Positions 12,088-24,275 of a stretch of 64,000 nt of DNA are shown one piece after another. Both the position numbers and the translations under genes were made by a program. Under the pieces are notes generated by a model. The model was not told where the DNA came from, did no database searches, and worked only from the letters and a program-made list of their open reading frames with translations. The stretch covers positions 20,398,001-20,462,000 of the forward strand of contig CM120645.1 in NCBI GenBank assembly GCA_051362555.1, read 5' to 3'. Source of the DNA: Lingula anatina. Taxonomy: Eukaryota; Animalia; Brachiopoda. Numbering within the stretch: the first letter of the stretch is position 1; every line of letters starts with the position of its first letter.

Positions 12088-15000
12088 CAGTGATTTCTTC
12101 TTAAAAATGGAAGGTTATACATTCATATCTTTATTGTCCATTGTTGCAAGTAAGCAAGGATGAAACAAAATAATTATTTACCCTCACATGCTTAAATATT
12201 TTTGTAAATCAAAACTTCTATACAATTTAAGTTTGTTTTATTTTATATATAAACCGTTTATGAAATAATATTTTTAGGATAAAACAGTTGCTTCAATCTG
12301 ATTAGATTTTTATGTCATCGTTATCATCACCATCATCAGAGTTATCAACCAAAGGCCACTACACAGTTCTTTTTCTCCATCATCAGTGTCCCCAATTTAT
12401 TGGTGCTCTATGTCAACACTCCCATATCTTTCGAAGCAGTTTATTTTACTCTGTCCACATGAGAATAGTACATTTGCAGTCTTAATTGAGTAAAATGTTT
12501 AAGATACACAGACGTTTTATACTAATACACTGTATTTGCATATATTTCAGGCAAACTTAATGTCCCAGCCAGTTGATCCTGTCATTGTCAACAAGATAAA
12601 AGAACTGTACCGTCACAACATGAGGAAAGCAAGTCTTATTGAGACGTACATTCATCTTTTTGTCAAAGACGATGTGTTCAAAGGCAAAGAATGTCCTTCA
12701 CGTCTAAATAGACGCTGGTTCCCGACATTAAAAGACATAAAAAACATTGCTACCTGCCAGTCAAAAAACCCTAATGATCAAGTTAATCTTGCTGATTATG
12801 TTAATCAACAGAAGGCAGTGAATCCAGAAGACTTGATATTTTTTAGGGTATGCTATTTTTAAAAAATTATGTTACAAAATCATGATGTTGTAAGATGTCA
12901 CATGGTAGTGGGTAAAATGATCTCTAGAAGGTGTTGACATCTCTGAATGATACTGTGAAATTGAACTGATACAAAATTCTGAGGAATCATCCTTCATGTT
13001 TCCATGCCTGCTAGATCACTGGTATAATAATGATATATTATCCAAATTTTTTCATTTGATTTGTCTAGGCTTCTTCCTTGGGAGAAAATCAAAAGGTGAA
13101 CTTCTTGTTTGTATATCAGACAAAGTGGCAAAGGAGACTGCTGAAACGATATGGCAACCACATAACACTCATGGATGCTACTTACCGCACCTCTAGGTAA
13201 CACTAGTGGGCTTGATTTGGTCTTAAAGTGCAATTTAAGAACATAAATAGTCTTACATGATCTTAAAACATGAGTAAGACCATTTCTAGTCTGACAGCCA
13301 ATTAAGTTGTCTCCCCTTACACATTCTCTATTGTGAGCAGAGGTGTCTTCTATTGTGAGGGGAGGTATCCCCCATTGTGAGGGGAGGAAACTGCTTGACC
13401 ACATTAGTAGATGTTAGATCATTTTTGATCTTAAAAGCAGATTCAGTCCATTTTAAGACTACTGCTGTAATGTTTAAGATCGTGTAAGATCACTTGTGAA
13501 CTTAAATTGCACTTTAAGACCAAATCTAGCCCACTAGTGTAAATTATATGAATTATCAAATATATAAATTCTATAGCGCTTTATGTTGCAATTTGTTTTG
13601 GAACATCATTATATTTGTTATTTTAATATTATAAAATTTGAAGCATCAAGAGTAGAAAATGAGCCAAATCATGCTTTATGCAGACATGAGGTTTTTCTGC
13701 AGAAAAGCAGAATTCCACGGTTTTTAAATTCAATTCTGATGGTTCCTGAGATTCGTAATGGTGTTTTTTTAACCTAGGCTCATGCCTTATTATATGAGCA
13801 AATATAAAGATTAATTTATTTTTCACAAATAATTGGCATTTTAGAATAAATATTATGTATTTAATATTTGTAAATTGGTGTTGCCTAGAATGATAGGTAA
13901 TTAACTTAAGATTTATCTATAATTCACTCAGATGAAAATAGTTGCCAAAAGAGGAATTCAAATTCACTTGGGCAAATTGAAATATTTCAGCAATATTTTT
14001 GGGATAAATACATGCAAAATGTTTTTACTCACTGGGGTTACATGAACCTACATTTTATCCTACAAGACAAAGCAAGTACTACATACAGGTGTATTTAATC
14101 TGCCCCTGACAGTAAATAAAATAACTTTAAAAAAGGCTTTTTGTCAACATTTTAATGTTTCATTAAATTTTTTTCTTCTATTTTTTTCCTGAGCCAAATA
14201 TTTCTTTCTTTTATAACTAGGTATGCCATGCCCCTATTTTTCATTTGTGTGAAGACCAATGTCAATTTCACAGTGGTGGCATCCTTCCTGGTAGAAACAG
14301 AAAATCAGGAATCCATCATGGAGGCCCTGGCCATAATCAAGAAATACAGCCCAGAGTGGGATCCTGAACATATGATGGTGGATTACAGCATGTCTGAAAT
14401 AAATGCATTAGAAGCCTCATTTCCAGGTTTGTGCACACTTGTTTGACAAACATTTATACTTAACAGCAGGTGCAGCTCAAGCGTATACATCTGTATTTTA
14501 AAGATTTTGAGCACAACTAGTAAAAATCACAAATGGTAAATTTTTAAAAATTAGGATTAGTCAACCTCATTAATCAACTTTCCAGTCTTGTCTGCCTTAC
14601 CCACCCTGGTATTGATTGATTTATTGTATTTGGCTTGATTAACAATTACTAATCTAGATAATATATTTTTTAACGGGAAGGATAAATGGCCTTCTATGAC
14701 TTGTTTTATTTAGAGAAAAATGTATTGTACCTAGAGAAAAAATTTCAAATTAATTTTTTTTTCAGAAACAAAAATCCTCCTATGTGATTTCCATCGTGAA
14801 AAAAGCTGGAAAGAATGGGTGTCAAAAATTCAGAATGGTGTGTCAGGGTGCCAAGAAGAATGCCTTGGCATCCTTAGAGCTCTGGCACACAGTCCAACAG
14901 TCACAGATTATAAAGAGACACTGGCGCAGTTTAAGTCCAGTGATTTGTGGAAATATAATCCCAAATTTAGGACCTATTTTTCCAACCACTGGGAATGTAG

Positions 15001-18000
15001 AGCTGAGGTAACAATTAACTGCAGAAAATACTCGATTATTACCTAAGACAAAAATGTTAATCCTAACCATTGTTTTAAATTTGCATAGATATGTTATACG
15101 TAGGTTGTATAAAAAACTTTTAAATGCAGTGTCATAAGGTGCTGATTTTAATTTTTATGCTGTCATAAATGATAGGCGGTTGCTCTAAAATCTTATTTCA
15201 GAAGTGGGTAAAAGCATACAGGGGCACATTGCTGATCCCCGTCAATTCCAACAACGGATTGGAAAGGCAAAATCTTGCCTTAAAGGATAGTTATCTGCAG
15301 GGATTTAAGAACTGCACTATAGAAGCTTTGGTGAAGGTGTTGGTGGAAATGTTCATTCCCAACTCATTTGTCAGGTAATTCATTTTTAAGAAAAAGGGCA
15401 ATTACCGGGGGGGGGGGGGGGGGGGGGGGGGTCAAATTTAACAGAATGGACTACGAAATTGGGAAATTTGACTTTTTTGTTCTTTGTGGACTATGTAGTT
15501 TTTTATGTACATATTTATATGAAAGTATGTCTACTTCCTTCAATCCTACTGTACTACTACTTTTATCATCTGCATGTGTAGGAGCTAGTGTAGTACTTTG
15601 GATCACTGTGTCGCCAGTCAATCACATCAGTTATCCCTTTGCAGGACAATTTATTAATTGATAAATGCACCAGGGTTTGACATTCCATTGCATAAGAGGT
15701 TTAATGAAAGGAGTGCTTGTTAATTAAGTAATGCATTTTGAATCCAATTTTACAGATACATACTTTTACTTAAGTCGATATTAATGTGTGTATTAGTATA
15801 ATTTGATAGATCGCTTAATTTTTTTTAGGTACCAACAACTAAACATCCGTTGCTCTGCTGAAAAAAGGCAGTACAGTCAAGAAGTACCAACTTTCCTGCA
15901 CAACAGACCAGTGCAGTTTGTAAGGCACATAATGGATCGGTGGACAACATTTAATATCAGCAATGTCAAGAGGCTGTCATCAAACCATTTCAAAGCAAAG
16001 AATGATGACCAGACAGAATATAACATTTCACTGGATCCCTGCTGTTGTGAGTGCCCTGATTTTTGCCAACATAAAATTCCATGCAAACACCTTTGTGCAG
16101 TCCTGAAATTTCCAGGGGTGTCTTGGTCTTCACTGGGTTCAATTTTTAACAGCAATCCAGCATATTTGCTGGACGAGGATGTCATCGACCAATCTCCTGT
16201 GTCATACAGTGATGAAATTTCAACGGTAACATCTGAACCTCCCCCTCTTACATCTGAGTCTCACCCTACTGAAACAGATGTCATAATAAATGACCTTCCC
16301 AAAAGAAAGAAAAACGTGGCCAAAGAACAATCCATCTGCATTTCCTTGGCCAAGGAATTACTGGATTCACTCTATCAAATAGACTCTCTCCAAGACCTGC
16401 AGCATATCAGGAAACAGATAGGCATGGTGTTAGAAGAAGCAAAAGGGGCAATTCCACATGAGTATGGATTACCAAAAAAACCTAAGTCTCCACGTAAAAA
16501 GCCAAAGGTATCACCCAAAACAAAAATTGGTTCTTTACCCCAAAGACAGAAGAAGCTGCAGTTGATGAAAAGAGTGGGAAAAGGAGCAGAAATAGCTAGA
16601 AGAAAGCGGGGATTATCTGATCTCAACTTGAGTCAAGCAGGTATTTTTATATCAATTAATATTTTAGAGGTTTTGATTATCCTATTAGGTTATCAGGCTG
16701 CATTAGCTATCTTGACAAAATTTATGTGTATGTTTTTTTTTAATTTCTTTTAGGCAAAGATATTGGGCATGCATAATGTATTTTGTATAAATTACTCATA
16801 ATCTCTTTAAATGTTTAATTGAGGGGTATAAAGTGAAGCATTCAAATAATTATTTTGTAGCAAAACCATCAGCAGTTCCACCAATAAAGAAAGTATGTGT
16901 GGAAGCAAAAAAACAAGAGTCACCAAGCTCACCAAAGGCACAAAACAAAATCAAAATACATTTAAATCGATGTAAGTACTAGAAGGTTTTGACATGCATG
17001 GGCAGTGGCAGTAAGATAGGAGGAGTACTCATTGAAATATGTGTAGGAGTATGTTTGTAAAAAGTAGTAACAAAAAATTATATTCTATTACATTTTAAAA
17101 AGAATAAAAATAATGAATGCTTTTTCAACTTTGAACTTTTATCATTAATAATAAGCTTTACATTTATCATTGAAGATGCTGTCCCTTCACAAAACACCAA
17201 TGTGACGCTTGGAAAATACAAGTCGCATCATATAACGTATGACAGTATTACATCTATAAATGGGATGCTTGCTGATGAAGTAAGTAAACAGGTTTGTTAC
17301 ACTGGTAAAACATAAGGATCTTATCATATCTATTGTTAAAATGAGCTGCATAGACTGAAATGATGCCTTGCAGCATTTGCCTTGTTATTGATAGTACATA
17401 CTCAATGTAAGAAGACGTTAATTTCTCTTTCTGCTGCTTGTTTTTTTTTTTTTTTTTATAAATGAGATATATAACATGCTTAATGTTTTAGGTAATTGAC
17501 AGTTATCTGGACATTATGATTAGCAACAGTGGCAAGAAGGTAAGGATTATAATGAAGTGCAATAAAATGACAGAATTAAATGTCATTGAAAACACCAATG
17601 ACATTTGGTTATAATTGATGAAATGGTAATAATGATCAAAGTAATAATAACAACTATTATTAACGTTATTATTGTAAAAATAGAAATAATAATTATGTTT
17701 ATTAAAGGCATAAGAGCTGTTCATTTTGGCCAAAATAAAAAAGGATTTTTTTTTTTGTCAAAATGGACATACCTAACAATGGTAGATACATCCATTCTGA
17801 CAATTTAATTTAATCAAGGTTTTTTCTAAGCTTGGTTTCTTGTAAGAAATTAAGAAATTATTGCAAAAGGTAGCTGTCTGTGGAGGTCTCATAGTTCGAT
17901 GGCAAGTACAGATTCCAGAATAATTGTGATAAACGGCATTTTGGTGGTAAAATAGAATTTATTATATTTCTGGGATTGTTTTCAGTGTATTTATTATGAA

Positions 18001-20232
18001 ACATAAATCTCATACAAAAAGTTTTCTCTTTAAGCTTTAAATGTCACATTGTGTATTCTAACTGGCTTTCTTAGCTGTAATTTAAATTGTAAAATACACT
18101 GCTGCACTATATACATATCAGTTTTACAGAAACATATACTCTAGTTCATGATGGCATGCTCACGTCATTACAAGACTTAGTATATCATAGCATCATGCAT
18201 GATAAAATAATACATATAATGCATTTTAAAAATGTCGAGATGTTTCCAAGATCATAAAGAGAAGGGTGATTCTTTGCTCATATGAGGTACAAACGTCATC
18301 ATTTAAATTATTCTTTTCACAGGTGTTCCATGTGAGCCTTCATGTAATGTCCAGGATTGTATATGATGGAGACATGACTTATTTTTCTAAGGTTAGCCAT
18401 ATACACATTGAATAGTTAGCTGAATATGCTTTAAAGAAAGAACTTTCAAATTTTTTTCAGCCATTATTGAATTTTTTTAACCTCCTTTAACTTTACTGGC
18501 ACTTTTGAAAAGGCATTAGTATATATGTAATAGTGTTTTAAAATGTTATCTTCCAAATTTATGTTTAAAAAAGTCATTATTCTCAATACTTTGGTTTCTT
18601 TATTTAATTTTCAGAGATATATAGGTTTGGTGACATTCATTTAGTAATTGTAATAGTAATAGTAATTTAGTAATTGTTTCCCATCCCAGTTGCAAAGAAT
18701 AGCTTCATTTGAGTTTAAATTCTTTTTTCCAATTTTTTTCTTTGTTTTTAATATAGAAAGACCTCCGAGAATATGACATCATAGTGGGAGTTTGTATTAG
18801 ACGAGGACACTACTCTGTCTTGGTAAATATTCGACCCTTACATGGGACTCTCTCAGATTAAAATTTGGATTTGGGTTGTTTTTACTTACATAGGCAGTTT
18901 ATCTCTCCAAAATATGTAACACTGCTATATGAAATGCTTGACATGAGGTAAAAACAAATCTATATCATTTTTAATTATCCTGTTTTTGCAAAGAAAATTC
19001 TACATTTATTTGTATATTTAAAAGACAATTTGCAAAATTTGAGTACTTTGTATTAGATCTGATGTTTGATTAATTCGCCACACCAACACCAATTGTGTTT
19101 TGTGCTACTTTGAAAATATGCTGTAATGACTGAGGCTTATTTTTTCACTTGTGCCTATAGTATTGTGGAAGAAAGGAGGGGAAATACACCTTTGTCAATT
19201 CTCTTGGAGAGACTGGTCAAGAAAAGGACACAATCACAAGAAACTGGGGGTAGTTGAATTTTAAAACATTTAAAAAAATGATAATATGTCTTATTGTATT
19301 GCATTAATAATATATTTTATTAATTATGTTATTTATGTGTGCAAAGTGCAGACAAATCAATGTTATGATTAGGTATAATTTTCCTTGTGATGTATTTTCA
19401 GCACCTTTTCCAAAAGAAAAGAAATTGGATGCCAGTTTGTCACCATCGACCATGAGAAACAACTGGATGGCTACACTTGTGGGCTCTGGTGTATACATGT
19501 GAGTGATGTTACCTAGGAAGCACACATATCAATATAAGTTTTAAAATTGTACACCACTGAAGATTTCCCAAGCATTTATAGGGCAGTAATTTTTTTAGAA
19601 TTTATATGTAGTGTGGGGGGTTTCCTTTTGTTCTTATTATATAAATAATCATTTTGTTATTATTATTACTTTTTATTCAGGCAGTGGAGCACCTGTTGGA
19701 ATATGGGTTGAACAGAACTCCAAAGATCTGCCAGCCAGACTTTTTAAGGCTTAGGCTAAATATTGCCACTTTGATTTTAAGAAATATTGGTATGAATATG
19801 GAATTTAATTTTTCTTAAAACAATGATTATGAAAAGAATAATTTTTTTTTACAAGTTAGAGTTGAAATTTACCTTTAAAATACTAAAAATGTAATTCTAA
19901 AAAGGAAGTAATGGACATCAAAATATCTTATTTATTTTCAAGACTAGCATTAATATTTAAATTTATGGATTTAGTTGGCAAATTCATTAAATTGCTTTAA
20001 AGTTGGCTATGCCCAGGGAAAGCATTTGAGGATCTCACTGTTTTACAGATTTCAAAATAGATGGGGTCATATCTGTCTGGAAATGTCACCGACTTTGCCC
20101 TTTGGTTTTATGATTAATACTGATAACAAATTATCTTTTTCTTGATTTTCAGTTGTTGCAGACAAAAGACACCTAGAATTAAGACCTGTTGGACAGAAGA
20201 TCAAATTAACTATGTCACAAAGCAACACTTAG
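9636..20232 (+). CDS. Multi-exon transposase: CaRF/ALS2CR8-like DNA-binding domain + MULE DDE + SWIM + Ulp1/C48-like protease (~1,067 aa)
   Basis: Phase-consistent GT-AG exons: 9636-9759, 10190-10377, 10699-10818, 10989-11129, 12551-12847, 13069-13196, 14221-14426, 14766-15007, 15202-15374, 15829-16640, 16861-16971, 17176-17279, 17492-17539, 18323-18391, 18757-18822, 19161-19249, 19402-19498, 19681-19789, 20153-20232 (last exon uncertain; alternative acceptor at 20049). Motifs: IPFNGTPF..CHRGP, CPAQI..QFPDYR, WFPTLKDIKN (CaRF-like); LMDATY, MMVDYS, CDFH, NSNNGLERQN (DDE plus CxxH); CECPDF..PCKH (SWIM); LADEVID, GHY, VNSL, QLDGYTCG (Ulp1-like). Confidence 0.85.
11360..11650. repeat. ~125-bp tandem duplication (about 2.3 copies) in transposase intron 4
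   Basis: Repeated TGTGTGCTTTTC...ATTCCTGCACT...TTTATCTGCATTTGCTTACTTTT. Confidence 0.7.
13201..13539. mobile_element. CACTA/CMC-like MITE nested in transposase intron 6
   Basis: ~70-bp imperfect TIRs starting CACTAGTGGGCT and ending AGCCCACTAGTG, with TAA on both sides (13198-13200, 13540-13542). Confidence 0.8.
17875..18032. repeat. Dispersed repeat fragment (also at ~20985-21140 and ~31350-31502)
   Basis: Shared CAGAATAATTG...TTTGGTGGTAAAA-AG...TGAAA-AT-AATCTCATA motif at three places, two inside the MULE and one outside. Confidence 0.7.
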
Positions 20233-21161
20233 TGTATCAAATCCTGGCAATTATGTTACTATTATATACTACCATGTACTTATATCAAATATTATATATA
20301 CAGAATATTGAATGAAACTTTTGCATTAACAGTGGACATTCCATAACATTATTTAAATATATTTGTATTATTACTATTTATATAATTGATATTGGGATGC
20401 TGTTGGTATTTTTTAATGGTGTTTGGGTGATGGACTTGTTAACAAGCTATGTGCACTAGCATCTGATTTAAGGATATAATACTGTACTGTATTTACAGTA
20501 TGTCTTCATTTTACATAATAGTGGAGAAAAATAGTTTTAAGATCTTAACAAAAATCAGTCAATCTTAGTTATGCCAGAGCCCTCTAAGTTAATTTTCTGA
20601 GTAAAATTATTGTACTGAAATACAGTTAAATTTTCATTAAAAATAAAATTAATTTTGGGTGGGTCCAAATCGGGGGTCTCTTTATCACCTGCAGTACACA
20701 TACCTTATACAATCGTCTAAGAGGGATCAATATATGTGCAACAAAAAAGATTATCATAATGATTGTTGTAAAATATTAAGGAGAAGATGAGTGTCTCTTA
20801 TTATCTGATTTTAGATGACATCTACTGTGTACAAGTAAATGACAGTCATAAAATATGTTTTAAGAAAAGATCATATGACATGTTAAAATATCAACAATAT
20901 ATTTATATTTATATTATTCTATCTTTACATGAAAAAGTACTCTACCCAAAGGAACAAATAATTTAGTGTTTCCCCCAGAGGTTAGCCACCTGTGATGGTC
21001 CAGTGTACAGCACAAATTTCAGAATAATTGCCATAACCATCATTTTGGTGGTAAAATAGTATTTATTATATTTCTATGTGTTGTTTTAATACAATGTATT
21101 TATTGTGAAATATGAATCTCATATGGAGAGTTGTTATCATTCATACAGTATATATATACCA

Positions 21162-21222
<61 letters not shown>
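21162..21222. repeat. (TA)n microsatellite
   Basis: Seen directly in sequence. Confidence 0.95.
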
Positions 21223-21226
<4 letters not shown>

Positions 21227-21854
21227 TGTGTGTGAAAATATGTTTGTATGTGTACATACAATGTAATGGAGATTTATTTCAATTCAATTCACTATTATAT
21301 ACTACATCTTTTTCTTTTCTTTTTTTTCAAACTACTGGTACTCTACTGGTACTTGTAAATTTATAATGACTTTTTTCTGTGGGTGACATGGTTGTGCTTA
21401 AAAGTAATATAAGATTTATGCAAATAAATAATTTTTTGTGTTTTTTGGTACTACACTTTTTTTTTATTTTTTGGTATTGTAAATTAACCGACATTGCTTA
21501 AAATCGGATATGGGTGTGCAAAACTCCCGGTCCCGTGTTTCACAGGTTTAGGCTCTGTGTATTATAAAGGTTATGGCAAAGTTAAATAGTATGCCGTCTA
21601 AAACAAATTATTCACTTCTACAACTTAAATTACAGACTTACTTACAGGTAAGAGACGCCAAAGCCAAAAACAACAAAAGTGATTAGAAATATCCAAATTA
21701 AACAGCCGCCATCAGTTTAAAACGAAGTCAATTTCTATGTCGGTATATACATACACGTGTTTTATGTTTACATCACGTGCGCATGACGTAGCTGAAATTT
21801 TTGCGCATGCGTACTCTTGTTTAACACCACGATTTAGCTTCGACCCGCTTGCGG

Positions 21855-22790
21855 GGTGCGTATGCTGGACAGTGATTCGTCGTTTTTCAATGTCGTATGG
21901 CTATGGAATGTTCGTTTTACCTCATATTTATGTTATAATGTGTTAAAGATCACTAGTGTTAAGTGCGGCCCCAAGAGAGAGTAAAAAAAGTGGCAAGGTG
22001 GGGGTCAACAGATCGTTAAGAAATTTGGTGTGGTTAATAAAGGTCCTTATGAAGGATAATTATGTTAAGATGTTAAATATTCTATTTTCTTTTGTTTTCA
22101 AGAACAAATTGTCAGAATGGAAACTTTCATAGAACTGAAGAAGAACTCTATGGCTCCATGGATGTTTTTATGAATTGCAGTTAGGTTACAAATCGAAAAA
22201 GAAATAATTGGAGTTTGGGGTGATAGCTAGGGCCTAAATAGGGGCTAAATCATATCATTATTTAAACATTCAATTAGGGCACTAAATAGTTACGTATCTT
22301 GTCACTTACTGTGAAGAGAGAAGTGGTGAACTATAAATTACTTTAACCTTGGATCTATTGTGTCACTTGCACTTGATATAGGCCCTACATATTTTTATTA
22401 TTTAGAAATGTTTAGCGGTATGTCAGTCAAAAGTTGAAGAGTGGAAATTTAAGCTACTAGTGGTGTTGGTGTTATGCTATGTCAATTGCTATAGGGTAAG
22501 GCCCATTAAAAGATGGAAAACGCGTTTGAAAAAATACGCAGTCCACTCGAGACCTGACGTACTGGTACTAGATGTTGTTGACTAACTCTACTTGAAATCA
22601 CAACAAAATTAATGAGCCAATAATGCGAGGCGGGGCTATTTTTTTAAACATTCGCTTTACAAGAGGACCAACTTCAAAAAAAAAAAAAAAAAAAAAAAAA
22701 AGAAAAAAAAGAATGAAAAAAAAGATAAACATCAAGCTGTTATAAACATTTTCATACATAGACAAACACAAGATCTTAGTAGGCCTATTT
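21855..22790. repeat. Displaced upstream region of IL-17R-like copy A; segmental duplicate of ~31871-33125
   Basis: Colinear blocks, e.g. GATTCGTC..TATGG-TATGGA-TGTTCGTTTTAC, CACGTATCTTGTCAC-like, ACGCAGTCCACT-GAGACCTGA, TAGACAAAC-CAAG-TCTT. Confidence 0.8.
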
Positions 22791-24137
22791 GGGACAGTTT
22801 TGGTAAAGGAGCTTGTCACCAAAAATCATGGATTACGATTATCCGTTGGCTCACAGTACACTGTGGGATGGTGCTGACACAAGAAATTACATAATTGAAG
22901 ACAAAAGGGCTGATAAAAGAGATCAAAAGATGTAATAACTACTTCACCCACGACCACTTCTAACAAAGCGTGTCCTGAGAAAAAATACACGTCGCGCCAG
23001 CTCAGTGGATTTCCAGTGGGAACTCAAAAACATGGGCGAAGTTTTTTTTTTTTTCATATTTTTTTCTTCTGAAAGGTGATATCAGTGTTTTTGCATGAAG
23101 TTTCGGACTGAAAATAGATATCTTAAGAGAAAAGAAACTATGACGACAACATTATCTAAATTCCGTTCATTTTAAATGTAGCAGAGTGACAGTTTCTACG
23201 AAAAGGCTCTTTAAAGCCGACACTCCCAAAATCGTTGTAATGGACACTTAAAAAGTCAAGTATACAAAAAATAGTTTGCGTTCTCTTAAAGTATTTTTAT
23301 ACATTTTCCTTGGAGTCGAAATTCTATTGTTTTATTATTATTATTTATATTATACAGTGGTCTATTTCGTGGTGGGCACATCCTATATATAGGCCCCTAC
23401 ATTGTTGTAAATTGTACCTTTTTAAAAACAACTAGTGAATTATTTATTTGTTTGTTTGTTTATTGCCTGCGATGCCAATTGTAATTGTTTTAATTTTTTA
23501 AGATGAAGCCGTGTAGGCCTACATGTATCTTTATTTTATTTTAATTTACTTATGTTCAGCAAGCGTAATGTATAATCTTATCGACATTCCGTTACATTGT
23601 TTGGTAACAGCGGTTCGATTATCATTCTTTACTGTTTTTTCTTTTCTTGGCTAACCTTTAAAAGCGGTCTTGTCTTATCTCTTTACTTCTTTTCTTTTCA
23701 GTGAACCCACTTCTTTTCATTTCTTTCTGAGAATTCCAAAATAAGAACTCTGGCTCTCATAACGGACACGCTTCTGGCCATATCTTCTACTTGTACTTAT
23801 TCTAAAGTTCTCTTATACAATTTCTTAATCTGATCGATTTCATGTATATTTCATGTCAATTTCATCTTATAAACATCCGCGTGTTACTTCCTCGTTTCCG
23901 TCTTTAGATAAGATGTCCGCGTCGCCTGTGGCATATTTGCTTATATTTTCCGAGAGATGGGTTTCTTGGCAGCTGACAGATTATCTCCTGGCAGACATGA
24001 AGCTAAGGGTCAGTCTCAAACAACACTGACGTAGTTGTGATGGCTTCAAGGATCAGACCACTTGAAGTGAATTGCTAATGACGTTCATAGCGCTCGGGTT
24101 TCCGGGGGAAAATGCGAATGTTAAGCACGCAACCTCC

Positions 24138-24179
24138 CTCTCTCCCCCTCTCTCTCTCTCTCTCTCTTTCTCTCTCGCG

Positions 24180-24270
<91 letters not shown>
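24138..24270. repeat. Compound (CT)n(CA)n(GA)n microsatellite
   Basis: Seen directly in sequence. Confidence 0.95.

Positions 24271-24275
<5 letters not shown>

Larger units (their letters stand above)
9548..21845 (+). mobile_element. Full-length, apparently autonomous Mutator-like (MULE) DNA transposon, 12,298 bp
   Basis: 81-bp TIRs (9548-9628 and 21765-21845, GG...CC ends, one mismatch); perfect 9-bp TSD CGCTTGCGG (9539-9547, 21846-21854); empty homologous site in the paralogous promoter (TGTTTGCGG, 31862-31870); encodes a MULE transposase. Confidence 0.95.

Noticed and set aside
16641-16753. Hydrophobic C-terminus of the 316-aa ORF resembling a transmembrane helix
   Set aside because: Read-through into a T-rich intron after the donor at 16641.
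24085-24115. NF-kB-like GGGTTTCC and GGGGAAAA motifs upstream of IL-17R-like copy A
   Set aside because: Short motifs expected by chance and not seen in the paralogous region; cannot be supported from sequence alone.
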